From Armatimonadota bacterium (GTDB lineage: Bacteria; Armatimonadota; SYMT01): a DNA stretch of 64,000 nucleotides. The translations under genes and the position numbers were made by a program. This document shows positions 1 through 9,298 of the stretch, one piece after another. The notes below the pieces were generated by a model that was given only the letters and a program-made list of their open reading frames with translations, was not told the DNA's origin and ran no database searches. The stretch is taken from the NCBI GenBank assembly GCA_046292385.1, contig JBKBRF010000019.1, forward strand, positions 53,249 to 117,248, read 5' to 3'. Each line of letters begins with the position of its first letter. Within the stretch, counting starts at the first letter, position 1.

Positions 1-790
1 CGGGGTGGTCCGCATCCCGGCGAACGTGGAGGGAGTCGAAGCCGGAGAGGAGGTCCGCCTGGAGCCGCTGCGCCCGCTGGAGGAGATCGAAAGCGCGCTG
101 CTGGCGGTCGGCAGCCACGACCTGCTCCTCGACCTGATCTCCGACTTCCTCCACCAGCGCGCCGCCGGCTTCGGGCTCTCCAGCGCGCACGTCGGCAGCC
201 TGACCGGACTGGTGGCGCTCCGCCGCGGCGAGTGCCACCTCGCCGGGACGCACCTGATCGACGAGGAAACCGGCGAGTACAACCTCTCCTGGCTGCGCCG
301 CTACTTCCAGGAGGGGGAGGTAGCGCTGATCCACCTCGCCTACCGGGAGCAGGGGCTGCTCGTTCCCCCGGGCAATCCCCGCGGCCTCCGGGGCCTGGCC
401 GACCTGACCGGCGGCGAGCTCCTCTTTATCAACCGCCAGCGCGGCTCCGGCACCCGCCAGCTCCTCGACTTCCTGCTGCAGCGGGAGGGGCTGGAGCCCG
501 CGTCGATCCGCGGCTACGACCGGGAGTTGTATACGCACCTGGCGGTCGCCGCCGCGGTCCAGACCGGAGCCGCGGACACCGGTCTCGGAATCCGCGCCGC
601 TGCCAAGGCGCTCGATCTGGATTTCGTCCCGGTGGCCCCGGAGCGGTACGATCTGGCCGTGCGGCCGGACGCCCTGGGGCTGCCGCAGATGCAGGAGCTG
701 CTGCGGATCGTGCGCTCGGAGGCGTTCCAGACGAAGGTTCAGGAGTTGGGCGGCTACGACGCGTCCCGGGCGGGAGAGCGATTGGTTTAG
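1..790 (+). CDS. Molybdopterin biosynthesis MoeA / periplasmic-binding-protein (PBP, LysR substrate-like) fusion, C-terminal part; 5' truncated by window edge
   Basis: GSHDLLLD, HVGSLTGLVAL, INRQRGSGTR, ERYDL motifs typical of the PBP domain fused to MoeA; frame open to window start. Confidence 0.85.
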   Translation, partial: GVVRIPANVEGVEAGEEVRLEPLRPLEEIESALLAVGSHDLLLDLISDFLHQRAAGFGLSSAHVGSLTGLVALRRGECHLAGTHLIDEETGEYNLSWLRRYFQEGEVALIHLAYREQGLLVPPGNPRGLRGLADLTGGELLFINRQRGSGTRQLLDFLLQREGLEPASIRGYDRELYTHLAVAAAVQTGAADTGLGIRAAAKALDLDFVPVAPERYDLAVRPDALGLPQMQELLRIVRSEAFQTKVQELGGYDASRAGERLV

Positions 791-797
791 GGCTGGA

Positions 798-946
798 GTA
801 TTCCGTGTTGCGTATTGCGTAGCGGATCGCCCTCTCCGCTTCCCAAGACGTGGTGCCGGGCGATACGCTCCCTCAGCGCCCCGTCCGGCACTACGCCGTC
901 TCAAGCGGAGAGAGCCTACCGCTACGGAATACGCGACACGCAATAC
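798..946. repeat. Heptamer-repeat inverted pair (GTATTGC-like units / GCAATAC-like units)
   Basis: gtattccgtgttgcgtattgcgta (798-821) pairs with tacggaatacgcgacacgcaatac (923-946), 3 mismatches in 24. Confidence 0.75.
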
Positions 947-964
947 GAACGAAGGAGATCAGAC

Positions 965-2014
965 TTGGCATTGAAGACCGAAAGCCACATGCTCCGGGAG
1001 ATCCGGGAGCAGCCCGCCGCCCTGGAGCGGCTCCTGGAGGGAGAGCTCGGCCGCGCGGAGGCGCTCGCGAACGCGGCAAAGGAGCGGGAGATCGACCTCC
1101 TCTTCCTCGCGGCGCGGGGAACGAGCGACCACGCCGCCATCTACGCGAAGTACCTGATGGAGATCGAGACAGGGCTGCCGGTCTCGCTGGCGGCGCCGAG
1201 CGTCTTCACGCTCTACCGGGCGCCGGTCCGGCTCGACCGCTCCCTGGTGCTCGGGATCAGCCAGAGCGGCAAGGCGGCCGACGCGATCGAGGTGCTGCGG
1301 CAGGCGCGGGAAGGGGGACAGCTCACCGGCTGCATCACCAACGACCAGCAGTCGCCCATGGCGCAGTGCGCCGAGCACCCGCTCTACTGCCACGCCGGCC
1401 CGGAGCAGAGCCTGCCGGCCACGAAGACCTACACCACGTCGCTGGCGCTGGTCACCGCGCTGACGGCGTACCTCTCCGGGAAGACGGAGCTGCTCGACGG
1501 CCTCCGCGGCGCGCCGGACCTGGTTCGGCAGGCGCTGGCGCTGGAGGAGAGCATCGCCGCGGGAACGGAGCGGTACCGCTACATGGAGGAGTGCGTGGTG
1601 CTGGCGCGCGGGATCAACCAGTGCAGCGCGCTGGAGACGGCGCTCAAGCTCTCCGAGACGAGCTACCTGCGCGCGCACCCGTACAGCTCCGCCGACTTCC
1701 TCCACGGGCCGATCGCCATTGTGGACGAAGGCTACCCGTGCTTCCTCTTCGCGCCGGACGGTCTCGGCTACCCGTCGATGGTCGAGGTCGCGGACGAGCT
1801 GTCGAAGCGCGGCGCCGAGCTGATCGTCCTCTCCAACCGGGAAGAGCTGCTCGCCCGTGCCACCACCCCCCTCCGTATCCCGGAGGCGCCGGAGTACCTC
1901 TCGCCCCTCGTCGGCATCGTCGCCGCCCAGCTCTTCGCGTACCACCTCGCCGTGGTGAAGGGCCGCGACCCCGACAGCCCGAGAGGCCTGAAAAAGGTCA
2001 CGCACACGTTCTGA
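965..2014 (+). CDS. SIS-domain sugar-phosphate isomerase/deaminase (GlmS C-terminal-like, no glutaminase domain)
   Basis: MLREIREQP, ARGTSDHA, GISQSG, ATKTYT, ALKLSET, FLHGP, PRGLKKVT; AAGGAG RBS upstream of in-frame TTG 965 (alternative ATG 989). Confidence 0.9.
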   Translation: MALKTESHMLREIREQPAALERLLEGELGRAEALANAAKEREIDLLFLAARGTSDHAAIYAKYLMEIETGLPVSLAAPSVFTLYRAPVRLDRSLVLGISQSGKAADAIEVLRQAREGGQLTGCITNDQQSPMAQCAEHPLYCHAGPEQSLPATKTYTTSLALVTALTAYLSGKTELLDGLRGAPDLVRQALALEESIAAGTERYRYMEECVVLARGINQCSALETALKLSETSYLRAHPYSSADFLHGPIAIVDEGYPCFLFAPDGLGYPSMVEVADELSKRGAELIVLSNREELLARATTPLRIPEAPEYLSPLVGIVAAQLFAYHLAVVKGRDPDSPRGLKKVTHTF

Positions 2015-2022
2015 CGGACCGG

Positions 2023-2247
2023 ATTTACCGCCAGCGCCAGGCACGCAAATTCCGAACCGGAATTCACCGCAGAGACGCGGAGAGCGCAGAGAGAACCGGA
2101 ACATGAGGGCAGGGCCGGGTCCGTTTAACCAATTCCGTACAGCGGCTCCGGGGTTCGTCTCTTCTGGTTCCTCTTTGCGTCCTTTGCGTTCTTGGCGGTG
2201 AATCAGGTTCGGGTTCTCTCCGCGTCCTCTGCGTCTCTGCGGTGAAT
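2023..2247. repeat. Two interleaved inverted-repeat pairs made of ~9-nt units (REP-like)
   Basis: attcaccgcagagacgcggagagcgcagagagaacc (2062-2097) vs ggttctctccgcgtcctctgcgtctctgcggtgaat (2212-2247); weaker pair ~2023-2049 vs ~2173-2203. Confidence 0.8.
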
Positions 2248-2266
2248 CTTCAAACGGGCAGCCGAG

Positions 2267-3373
2267 ATGATCAACGAAGCACGCGTTCGGGAGACGTTTC
2301 TAGACCTGGTCCGCTTCAACAGCCCGCCGGGGCAGGAGGGGGAGGTCGCCCGGTACTGCGCGGAGGCGCTGCGGGACGCGGGGTTCCTCTGCCAGAAGGA
2401 TGCGGCGGGGAACCTGATCGCGCAGAAGGCGGGGACCGTCTCCGGCGCGCCGCGGATCTTCTTCTCCGCGCACATGGACACCGTCCAGCCGACGGAGGGC
2501 CTCGAGGTGCGAGAAGAGGACGGGATCTTCCGCACGGGCGGCACCACGATCCTCGGCGCGGATGACAAGGCGGGCCTGACGCAGATCCTGGAAGGCGTGC
2601 GCGTGCTGGAAGAGCACGGCATCCCGCACGGCGACCTGCAGGTCGTCTTCACCACCGGCGAGGAGGTGGGGCTGCTCGGTGCCCGGGCCCTGGCGATCGA
2701 GGTGGTGGCGGGGAGCATCGGCTTCGTCTTCGACGCCAGCGGTCCTACCGGCACGGTCATCACCGGCGCGCCGACGCACGACAAGCTCGAGGTGCGCTTG
2801 CAGGGCCGGGCTTCCCACGCGGGGTTCGTGCCGGAGAAGGGGATCAGCGCCATCCGGATGGCGGCGCGGGCGCTCGACCGCATGCGCCTGGGGCGGATCG
2901 ACCCGGAGACGACGGCGAACATCGGCACTATCAGCGGCGGTACCGCGGACAACATCGTCGCCGAGGAAGCAATCCTCACCCTGGAGGCGCGCAGCCGGAA
3001 CCGGGAGAAGCTCGACGCGCAGGTCGCGCACATGCGGGAGTGCCTGGAAGAGGCGGCGGCGCACTACGGCGGCTCCGTGGAGATCCGGCACGAGCGGGAG
3101 TACCAGGGCTACACCTGGGAGCGGGGCGACCTCCCGCTGAGCCTCGCCGCGGCGGCCTGGCGGAACGTACCGGCGAGCCGGGGCGAGGAGCCGACCTTCC
3201 GCCCCACCGGCGGCGGCAGCGACGCCAACGTCTTCAACGCGCGAGGCGTGCCGGCGGTCGTCTGCACCTGCGGCTACGCCGATGCCCACTCCGTGAAGGA
3301 GCACATCCCGGTGGCGGACCTCCTCGCCGGCGCCGAATGGGTCGTCCGCATCGCCGAAGCCGCCGCGGTTTAG
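2267..3373 (+). CDS. M20/M25/M40 family metallo-hydrolase (peptidase T-like)
   Basis: SAHMDTV, LGADDKAG, GEEVGLLG, GGGSDAN, DAHSVKE metal-binding motifs. Confidence 0.9.
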   Translation: MINEARVRETFLDLVRFNSPPGQEGEVARYCAEALRDAGFLCQKDAAGNLIAQKAGTVSGAPRIFFSAHMDTVQPTEGLEVREEDGIFRTGGTTILGADDKAGLTQILEGVRVLEEHGIPHGDLQVVFTTGEEVGLLGARALAIEVVAGSIGFVFDASGPTGTVITGAPTHDKLEVRLQGRASHAGFVPEKGISAIRMAARALDRMRLGRIDPETTANIGTISGGTADNIVAEEAILTLEARSRNREKLDAQVAHMRECLEEAAAHYGGSVEIRHEREYQGYTWERGDLPLSLAAAAWRNVPASRGEEPTFRPTGGGSDANVFNARGVPAVVCTCGYADAHSVKEHIPVADLLAGAEWVVRIAEAAAV

Positions 3374-3383
3374 GTAGTAGGGG

Positions 3384-3474
3384 TCAGGTTCCAGGGGCCA
3401 GAGAGTGGGGTTGGATGACAGGACCTTGGCCGCACAACCTGGAACCTGGAACCTGAAACTGGAAAACCTGAAAC
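3384..3474. repeat. Heptamer-repeat palindrome (CAGGTT / AACCTG[G/A])n between convergent genes
   Basis: tcaggttccagg ... aacctggaacctggaacctgaaactggaaaacctgaaac. Confidence 0.7.
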
Positions 3475-3486
3475 GGACAGGCAGCG

Positions 3487-4341
3487 CTACGGGGCGGGGT
3501 CGAGGACCAGCATGTCGTAGACCTGCTGTCCTGGGATGGTGAACTGACGGCGCGGCTTCCAGGTGGCGGGGTCTAACTCCACGATCCCGCACTCCATCCG
3601 AGAGCGGGTGAGCAGCTTCTGGAGCGGCGTCTGCTTCTTCTTCCAGCCGCTGATGCCCACGTAGGCCATGCCCTCTGTGAAAACGAGGGCGCGGACGAAG
3701 CCGTGGAGGCGGCAGACGACCTCCTTCGACTTCTCCCGCAGGTTCAGCAGCGTCACCTCGGAGGTGTACGACTCGCAGCAGTAGAGCTGCTCCTCGTGCC
3801 AGACGAGGCTGTGCGGCTGGGCGAGCGGCTCGTAGAGCACCTGGTAGCCGCCGGTCTCCCAGTCGAGCCGCAGCACCTTACCTTCGTAGGCCCAGGCGTC
3901 GGTCTCGTTCTTCTCCTGGCGCCGTCCGGGGGAGAGGGTGAAGATCGTCAGCAGGAGCTGTCCGTTCACCTGCGCCAGGCAGTTGGCGTGGCAGACGTCG
4001 TCTTCCTGGCGGATGATCTGCAGGTCGTCGACCGGCCGCAGCTCGCGGTCGAAGCGCGCGATCCGGTTCGAGTCGCTTGCCACCAGGTAGAAGTGGTCGT
4101 CGATCCAGCGGAAGTCGTGGGCGCCGTGGAGCGCGGTATCGCCGATCGGCGTCACTTCCCAGCTCTCCGGCGCCAGGCGCCAGACGAAGCCGCGCGTGCC
4201 GACCACGTAATAACCGTCCGGCCCCCGGGTGATGCCGCGGCTCGGCTGCTCGGTGAGGCGGGTCAGCTCGGAGGTGTCGGCGTCGAGGAGGTAGACGCCG
4301 CCCTCGTCCGGGGTGAAATTGGTGATGAGCAGTCGCGCCAT
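3487..4341 (-). CDS. DUF4915/TIGR03032-like beta-propeller protein, paralog 1
   Basis: AHDF, DVCHANCLA, QPHSL, CCES, GFVRAL, VYD motifs; no signal peptide. Confidence 0.75.
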   Translation of the reverse strand: MARLLITNFTPDEGGVYLLDADTSELTRLTEQPSRGITRGPDGYYVVGTRGFVWRLAPESWEVTPIGDTALHGAHDFRWIDDHFYLVASDSNRIARFDRELRPVDDLQIIRQEDDVCHANCLAQVNGQLLLTIFTLSPGRRQEKNETDAWAYEGKVLRLDWETGGYQVLYEPLAQPHSLVWHEEQLYCCESYTSEVTLLNLREKSKEVVCRLHGFVRALVFTEGMAYVGISGWKKKQTPLQKLLTRSRMECGIVELDPATWKPRRQFTIPGQQVYDMLVLDPAP

Positions 4342-4344
4342 CCG

Positions 4345-5202
4345 CTACGCCTCGTCCACGATCAGCAGCTCGTAGACCTGCCGGCCGGGGATGCGGAAGT
4401 CGCGGCGCGGCTTCCAGGTGCGGGCGTCCAGCTCCACCACGCCGCAGGGGATGCGGAAGCGGGCGAGGAGACGGTCGAGCAGCGGGCCTTCGTTGTTCTT
4501 GCGCTGGCTGATGCCAATGAAGACGCTGTCGCCGTGGAAGGCGATGCCGCGGGCGAACCCGTGCATCCGGCGCAGGAGCTTCTTCGTCTTCGACTTCAGG
4601 TCGAGGATCGAGACCTCGGAGGTGAGCGACTCGCAGCAGTAGAGCTGCTCCCCGTGCCAGACCAGGCTGTGCGGCTGGCAGAGCGGCTCGTACACGATCT
4701 CGAAGCTCTTCGTCTCCCAGTCGAGCCGGAGCACCTTGCCCTCGCGGAACCAGACCGGCGTGGTGTTCTTCTCCTGCCGCCGCCCCGGGGAGAGGGTGAA
4801 GATGCTCAGGAGCAGGTGACCGTTCGCCGCCTCGATGCAGTTGGCGTGGCAGATGTCGTCATCGCTCTGCACCACCCGCAGCTCGTCCAGCACGTTCAGG
4901 CTGCTGTCCAGCCGCACCACCCGGTTGCCGGTGCTCGCCACCAGGTAGAACTCGTCGCCTACCGCGCGGAGGTCGTGGCACGCCTGGTACGGGGTGGCAC
5001 AGCGCTGGGTCACTTTCCACGTGGCGGGATCGAGGTGGCAGATGATGCCGTCCGGCTCGATGAAGTAGATCCCGTCCCGCCCGCGGGTGATGCCGTTCAC
5101 GCGGCGGTCGTAGAGCCGGCGCAGGCCGCCGGTCTCGGTCTCGAGCAGGTAGACCCCCGCCTCGGAGCCGCGGGTGTGGTTCGTCACCAGGATGCGTGGC
5201 AT
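4345..5202 (-). CDS. DUF4915/TIGR03032-like beta-propeller protein, paralog 2
   Basis: CHDL, DICHANCIE, QPHSL, CCES, GFARGI, VYE motifs. Confidence 0.75.
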   Translation of the reverse strand: MPRILVTNHTRGSEAGVYLLETETGGLRRLYDRRVNGITRGRDGIYFIEPDGIICHLDPATWKVTQRCATPYQACHDLRAVGDEFYLVASTGNRVVRLDSSLNVLDELRVVQSDDDICHANCIEAANGHLLLSIFTLSPGRRQEKNTTPVWFREGKVLRLDWETKSFEIVYEPLCQPHSLVWHGEQLYCCESLTSEVSILDLKSKTKKLLRRMHGFARGIAFHGDSVFIGISQRKNNEGPLLDRLLARFRIPCGVVELDARTWKPRRDFRIPGRQVYELLIVDEA

Positions 5203-5215
5203 GTGGGGCTGTGGG

Positions 5216-6121
5216 TCAGGCGGAGGGGGCGCCGTCGAGGAGGCGCACGTCGTAGATGTCCGAGCCGGGGATCGGGATCTTGCGCTTCACCTTCCAGGTG
5301 CGGGAGTCGAGCACCAGCAGCCCGGAGAAGGGGAAGAACTTGTCGTAGATCCGGCGGAAGAGGGGGAGGGTCTTCAGCCGCGCGCGGTCGCGGATCTGGA
5401 GAAGGCAGGCGCCGACCGCCAGCTCGTCCGGACCGAAGGCCAGGCCGCGAAGGAAGCCGCGGTACTGGCCCAGGTGCTTCGCCTTATGGTTCTGGAGGTC
5501 GACCCAGGTGAGGCTGGAGGTGTGGGACTCCACCAGGTAGATGCCGCCGTCCCGCGGGATCAGGCTGTGCGGCTGCGCGAGCGGCTCGAAGCGGACTTCC
5601 CACTTCTTGCGCTCCCAGTCCAGCTTCAGGATCTTGCCGGAGCGGTGCCAGGCACCGGTGAACCGCTTTTCCTTCCGCTCGCCGGGGCTCAGGGTGAAGA
5701 TCGAAAGGTAGATCTCGCCGTCGATCACCGTCAGGCAGTTCGGGTGACAGACGTCGCGGTCGTCCTCGATCACCTGGAAGCGGTCGACCATTCGGCACTG
5801 CTCGTCCAGGCGCACCACCTGGTTGCCGACGCTCGCCACCAGGTAGAAATAGCCGTCGTGCCACATCAGGTCGTGGCAGTCGCCCAGCGGGTAGCGGGCT
5901 ACCTCTTCGGTCTTCCAGGTCTGCAGGTCAAGGCGGTGGACCACCGACTCGCCCTCTTGCGGATCCCGGTAGCCGGAAACCACGTAGTAGCAGCCGTCCG
6001 GTCCCAGGGTCATCCCCCGGAAGGAGCCGCTCATGACGCGCTTGACGTGACCGGTGCTCGAGTCGGCGAGGTAGACTCCGCCTTCTTCCCGGTTGGAGCT
6101 GGTAATGAGATAGCGGGGCAT
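5216..6121 (-). CDS. DUF4915/TIGR03032-like beta-propeller protein, paralog 3
   Basis: ATG at 6121 (MPRYLITS) matches paralog N-termini; CHDL, DVCHPNCLT, QPHSL, GFLRGL. Confidence 0.75.
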   Translation of the reverse strand: MPRYLITSSNREEGGVYLADSSTGHVKRVMSGSFRGMTLGPDGCYYVVSGYRDPQEGESVVHRLDLQTWKTEEVARYPLGDCHDLMWHDGYFYLVASVGNQVVRLDEQCRMVDRFQVIEDDRDVCHPNCLTVIDGEIYLSIFTLSPGERKEKRFTGAWHRSGKILKLDWERKKWEVRFEPLAQPHSLIPRDGGIYLVESHTSSLTWVDLQNHKAKHLGQYRGFLRGLAFGPDELAVGACLLQIRDRARLKTLPLFRRIYDKFFPFSGLLVLDSRTWKVKRKIPIPGSDIYDVRLLDGAPSA

Positions 6122-6206
6122 TCTAAACCAGGGCTCCCGACCGCCGCGACCTGGCACGCGTTGAGCGTACCGGTCGCCGGACTGCGCGGGGGGTAGCGAA
6201 CGACCA

Positions 6207-6235
6207 ATTATAAGAGCTGAGCCGGGCCGGAGCAA
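6207..6235 (-). promoter_or_regulatory. Putative sigma70 promoter for the three minus-strand propeller genes
   Basis: Minus strand TTGCTC-N17-TATAAT (perfect -10) about 85 nt upstream of ATG 6121. Confidence 0.55.
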
Positions 6236-6398
6236 GCAAACTGCGGCTTCCGTGCCGCTTGCGCTGGAGACCTTCCCTTCGGCTACAATAGGGAGCGTCG
6301 GCCGGCAAGACGGTAAAGCTCAGCGCCTTCCACCGCTTTCCGCGGCGAGGGGCACGCGATCTCTTGTCGGAGACCGCCAGCTCTCCGAGACGCCATTC

Positions 6399-6484
6399 GA
6401 GTAAGAGTAGGAGAACGAGTAGGAGTAGGAGTGCCCGTACCGGGAGGTTCGGATTCATCCCTCATCGTTCATCCTTCATCCCTT
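6399..6484. repeat. (GAGTAG)n hexamer tract followed by (TTCATCC)n heptamer tract
   Basis: gagtaagagtaggagaacgagtaggagtaggagt (6399-6432); ttcatccctcatcgttcatccttcatccctt (6454-6484). Confidence 0.75.
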
Positions 6485-6533
6485 TACGGCTTACGAACGA
6501 AGTAGCTGAAAGCACCCGTAGTCCCCCCCGCCC

Positions 6534-7382
6534 ATGCCCTCTCTGCTCACTACCAGCCACACGCCGGCGCACGGCGGGGTCTTTCTGCTGAACACGGAGA
6601 CCGCAGAGACCCGCAAGATCCTCGACGTGCCGTGCCGGGGCATCACGCGGGGACCGGACGGCTACTACACCGTCGAGAACTTCGGCGTGGTCCACTACCT
6701 CGACCCGAAGACCTGGCAGCCGGTGCGCCGGGCGGAGACCGGGTACGCCTGGTGCCACGATCTCAAGTGGTTCGGCGGCTACTTCTACCTGGTGGCCAGC
6801 AAGGGCAACTGGGTGGTACGGCTCGACAGCGACTTCCGCGAGCTCGACCGGATGCAGATCGTGGAGAGCGACGACGACGTCTGCCACGCCAACTGCATCG
6901 AGGAGATGGACGGCGAGCTGATCCTGAGCATCTTCACCCTGGTGCCCGGGAAGCGGGAGGAGAAGAACGGCTCCCACCCGTGGCGGCACGACGGCAAGGT
7001 GCTCCGGCTCGACTGGCAGCGCCGCGGCTACGAGGTGCTCCACGAGCCGCTCTCCCAGCCGCACAGCCTGAACTGGCGGGACGGGCAGATCTACTGCTGC
7101 GAGTCCTACACGTCGAAGCTCTCCGTCATTCCCGGCGGGGGCCAGCGCCACCGCACGCTGCGGAAGCTGAACGGCTTCGTGCGCGGCCTCACCTTCGACG
7201 GAGACCGGGCCTTCGTCGGCGTGACCCGCCGCCGGCTGGAGCACTACCACCCCATGGTGCGCTGGTGGGCCCGCCTCACTCGCTGGTGCGGGGTGCTGGA
7301 GATGGACGCCAACACCTGGAAGCCGCTCCGACGCTACCCGCTGCCGAGCCGGCAGGTCTATGACCTGACCGTCGTGCGCTAG
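6534..7382 (+). CDS. DUF4915/TIGR03032-like beta-propeller protein, paralog 4
   Basis: CHDL, DVCHANCIE, QPHSL, CCES, GFVRGL, VYD; first gene of the + strand glycan operon. Confidence 0.75.
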   Translation: MPSLLTTSHTPAHGGVFLLNTETAETRKILDVPCRGITRGPDGYYTVENFGVVHYLDPKTWQPVRRAETGYAWCHDLKWFGGYFYLVASKGNWVVRLDSDFRELDRMQIVESDDDVCHANCIEEMDGELILSIFTLVPGKREEKNGSHPWRHDGKVLRLDWQRRGYEVLHEPLSQPHSLNWRDGQIYCCESYTSKLSVIPGGGQRHRTLRKLNGFVRGLTFDGDRAFVGVTRRRLEHYHPMVRWWARLTRWCGVLEMDANTWKPLRRYPLPSRQVYDLTVVR

Positions 7383-7396
7383 CCGAGACGACTCCG

Positions 7397-8221
7397 ATGC
7401 GCCCTGTCGAGAAGCAGCAAGACCTGCGGACCGTGGTCCACACCACGTGGGAGAAGTTCGCGTTCCGGTACGGCATCCGGTCGCGGGCCAAGCTGCACCT
7501 GCCGGACTTCCTGGGGATCGGCGCGCAGAAAGCGGGCACCACCTGGCTGGACCGGAACATGCGCGCGCACCCGGACCTGTTCCTCACCAGCCCCAAGGAG
7601 CTCCACTACTTCGACCTCCACTTCCACGAGAGCCTGAAGGAGTACTCGCGGAAGCTGCGGCCGGGGCTGGGGAAGGTCCGCGGCGAGATCACCCCCGGTT
7701 ACAGCACCCTCACCCGCTCCCGCGTGCGCTTCATCCGCGCGCTGATGCCGGACCTGCGCCTCCTGTTCCTGATGCGGAACCCGGTAGACCGGGCGTGGTC
7801 GCAGGCGATGATGACGCTGGTCAGCAAGCCGGGCCGGCCGTTCGAGAGCGTGAAGGAGGCGGAGCTGCTGGAGTTCTTCCGCTCCCCCGCCTGCCGGCTC
7901 CGCGGCAACTACCTGCGGACGCTGCGGATCTGGGAGAGCACCTTCCCCAAGGACCAGCTCTACGTCGGCTTCTACGAAGACATCAAGCAGCGCCCCCAGG
8001 AGCTGCTGCGGGAGGTCTTCCGCCACGTCGGCGTGCGTGAGGAGGTCGATTGGGACTCGATGCCGTACCGGGAGGTAATCCACCGCGGCGCCGGCATCCC
8101 GATGCCTCCGCGCATCCGGGAGGCGCTGGGGGCGCTCTACGCGCCGGAGATCGAGCGGCTCTACCAGCGCTTCGGCGACCGGGTGGCGGGATGGCGGGTG
8201 CGGACTCCCGCCGGGCGCTAA
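7397..8221 (+). CDS. PAPS-dependent sulfotransferase (heparan-sulfate 3-O/N-sulfotransferase-like fold)
   Basis: 5'-PSB loop PDFLGIGAQKAGTTWL, KELHYF, EITPGY, 3'-PB motif MRNPVDRAWS. Confidence 0.92.
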   Translation: MRPVEKQQDLRTVVHTTWEKFAFRYGIRSRAKLHLPDFLGIGAQKAGTTWLDRNMRAHPDLFLTSPKELHYFDLHFHESLKEYSRKLRPGLGKVRGEITPGYSTLTRSRVRFIRALMPDLRLLFLMRNPVDRAWSQAMMTLVSKPGRPFESVKEAELLEFFRSPACRLRGNYLRTLRIWESTFPKDQLYVGFYEDIKQRPQELLREVFRHVGVREEVDWDSMPYREVIHRGAGIPMPPRIREALGALYAPEIERLYQRFGDRVAGWRVRTPAGR

Positions 8222-8227
8222 CGAGTC

Positions 8228-9298
8228 ATGGACGTTCGCCCAGATACCTCCGGGGCGGTCGACACGCCGGTTCACCGGGACCGCGTCACCGTCGTGCTGC
8301 CTACCTACAACCGGCGCGCCAGCCTGCTGCGCTGCCTGGAGGCGCTGCTCGCCTGCGACCGGCGCGGGGTCGAAGTGACGGTGCGGATCGTCGACGACGG
8401 CTCCACGGACGGCACCGAGGCGGCCGTCCAGGAGCTGCGGGAGCGGTGCCCGGAAGGGTTTACGCTGGTCTACCACCGGCAGCGCAACCAGGGGCCGAGC
8501 GCGGCCCGGAACCTGGCGATCCGCGAGTCGGAGACCGACCTGATCCTCTTCATCGATGACGACTGCATCCCGGAGCCGGGCTGGATTTCCGCGCTGGTAG
8601 GAGTGGACTGGGACGCCGGCGTGGGCGCCGCGGCGGGACGCATCGTCTCGCCGGAGCAGTCGTCGTGGGTCTCCCGCTACTGCCGCCACATCGGGTTCAA
8701 CGATTTCCCGCCCCGGAGCGGCGTGGTGACCTTTGCGAACACTGCCAACTGCGCCTACCGGCGAGCTGCGCTGTTGGAGGTGGAGGGCCTGGAGGAGCGG
8801 GTCTCCGGCGGCGGGGAGGACCAGGACCTCACCCATCGGGTGGTGCTGCTCGGCTACCGCCTGGCCTACGCTCCGAACGCGGTGGTGCGGCACTTCCACC
8901 GGGAAAGTTTTCGGGTGCTGGCGCGCACCTTCTACCACCGCGGCTACCGGATGACGATGCGGAAGATCCTGTGGGGACGGCAGGCGCATCCCTCGTGGAA
9001 GTGGCTGAAGAAGGAGCTGATCTCGCTCGGACAGGTCGTCGGCACCGTCCGGAGCGTCCGCGCGGAGGCGCGCCGGCTGCGGGGTGAGGGGATCGAGGCG
9101 GGAGACGCGCTCCGCTTTGCCTGGATGGACTGGCTCCGCGAGACTCTCCTGCAGGCCGGGAAGATCCGGATGATGCTCCACATTCTCCGCGGCAAGCAGC
9201 AGGTTGCGCGGACGAGCCGCGGAGTGGCCGGCGACCTGGAGGCGGCGCTGGCGGCGCGCGCGCCGGGGCAGCTGGTCTCCGGAGAGTCTCATCCATGA
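8228..9298 (+). CDS. Glycosyltransferase family 2
   Basis: VVLPTYNR, VDDGSTD, GPSAARN, FIDDDC, GEDQDL. Confidence 0.92.
   Translation: MDVRPDTSGAVDTPVHRDRVTVVLPTYNRRASLLRCLEALLACDRRGVEVTVRIVDDGSTDGTEAAVQELRERCPEGFTLVYHRQRNQGPSAARNLAIRESETDLILFIDDDCIPEPGWISALVGVDWDAGVGAAAGRIVSPEQSSWVSRYCRHIGFNDFPPRSGVVTFANTANCAYRRAALLEVEGLEERVSGGGEDQDLTHRVVLLGYRLAYAPNAVVRHFHRESFRVLARTFYHRGYRMTMRKILWGRQAHPSWKWLKKELISLGQVVGTVRSVRAEARRLRGEGIEAGDALRFAWMDWLRETLLQAGKIRMMLHILRGKQQVARTSRGVAGDLEAALAARAPGQLVSGESHP

Noticed and set aside
965..2014. Calling this gene glmS, with a glmS ribozyme upstream
   Set aside because: It lacks the N-terminal glutaminase domain, and the upstream region is a heptamer palindrome rather than a recognisable ribozyme
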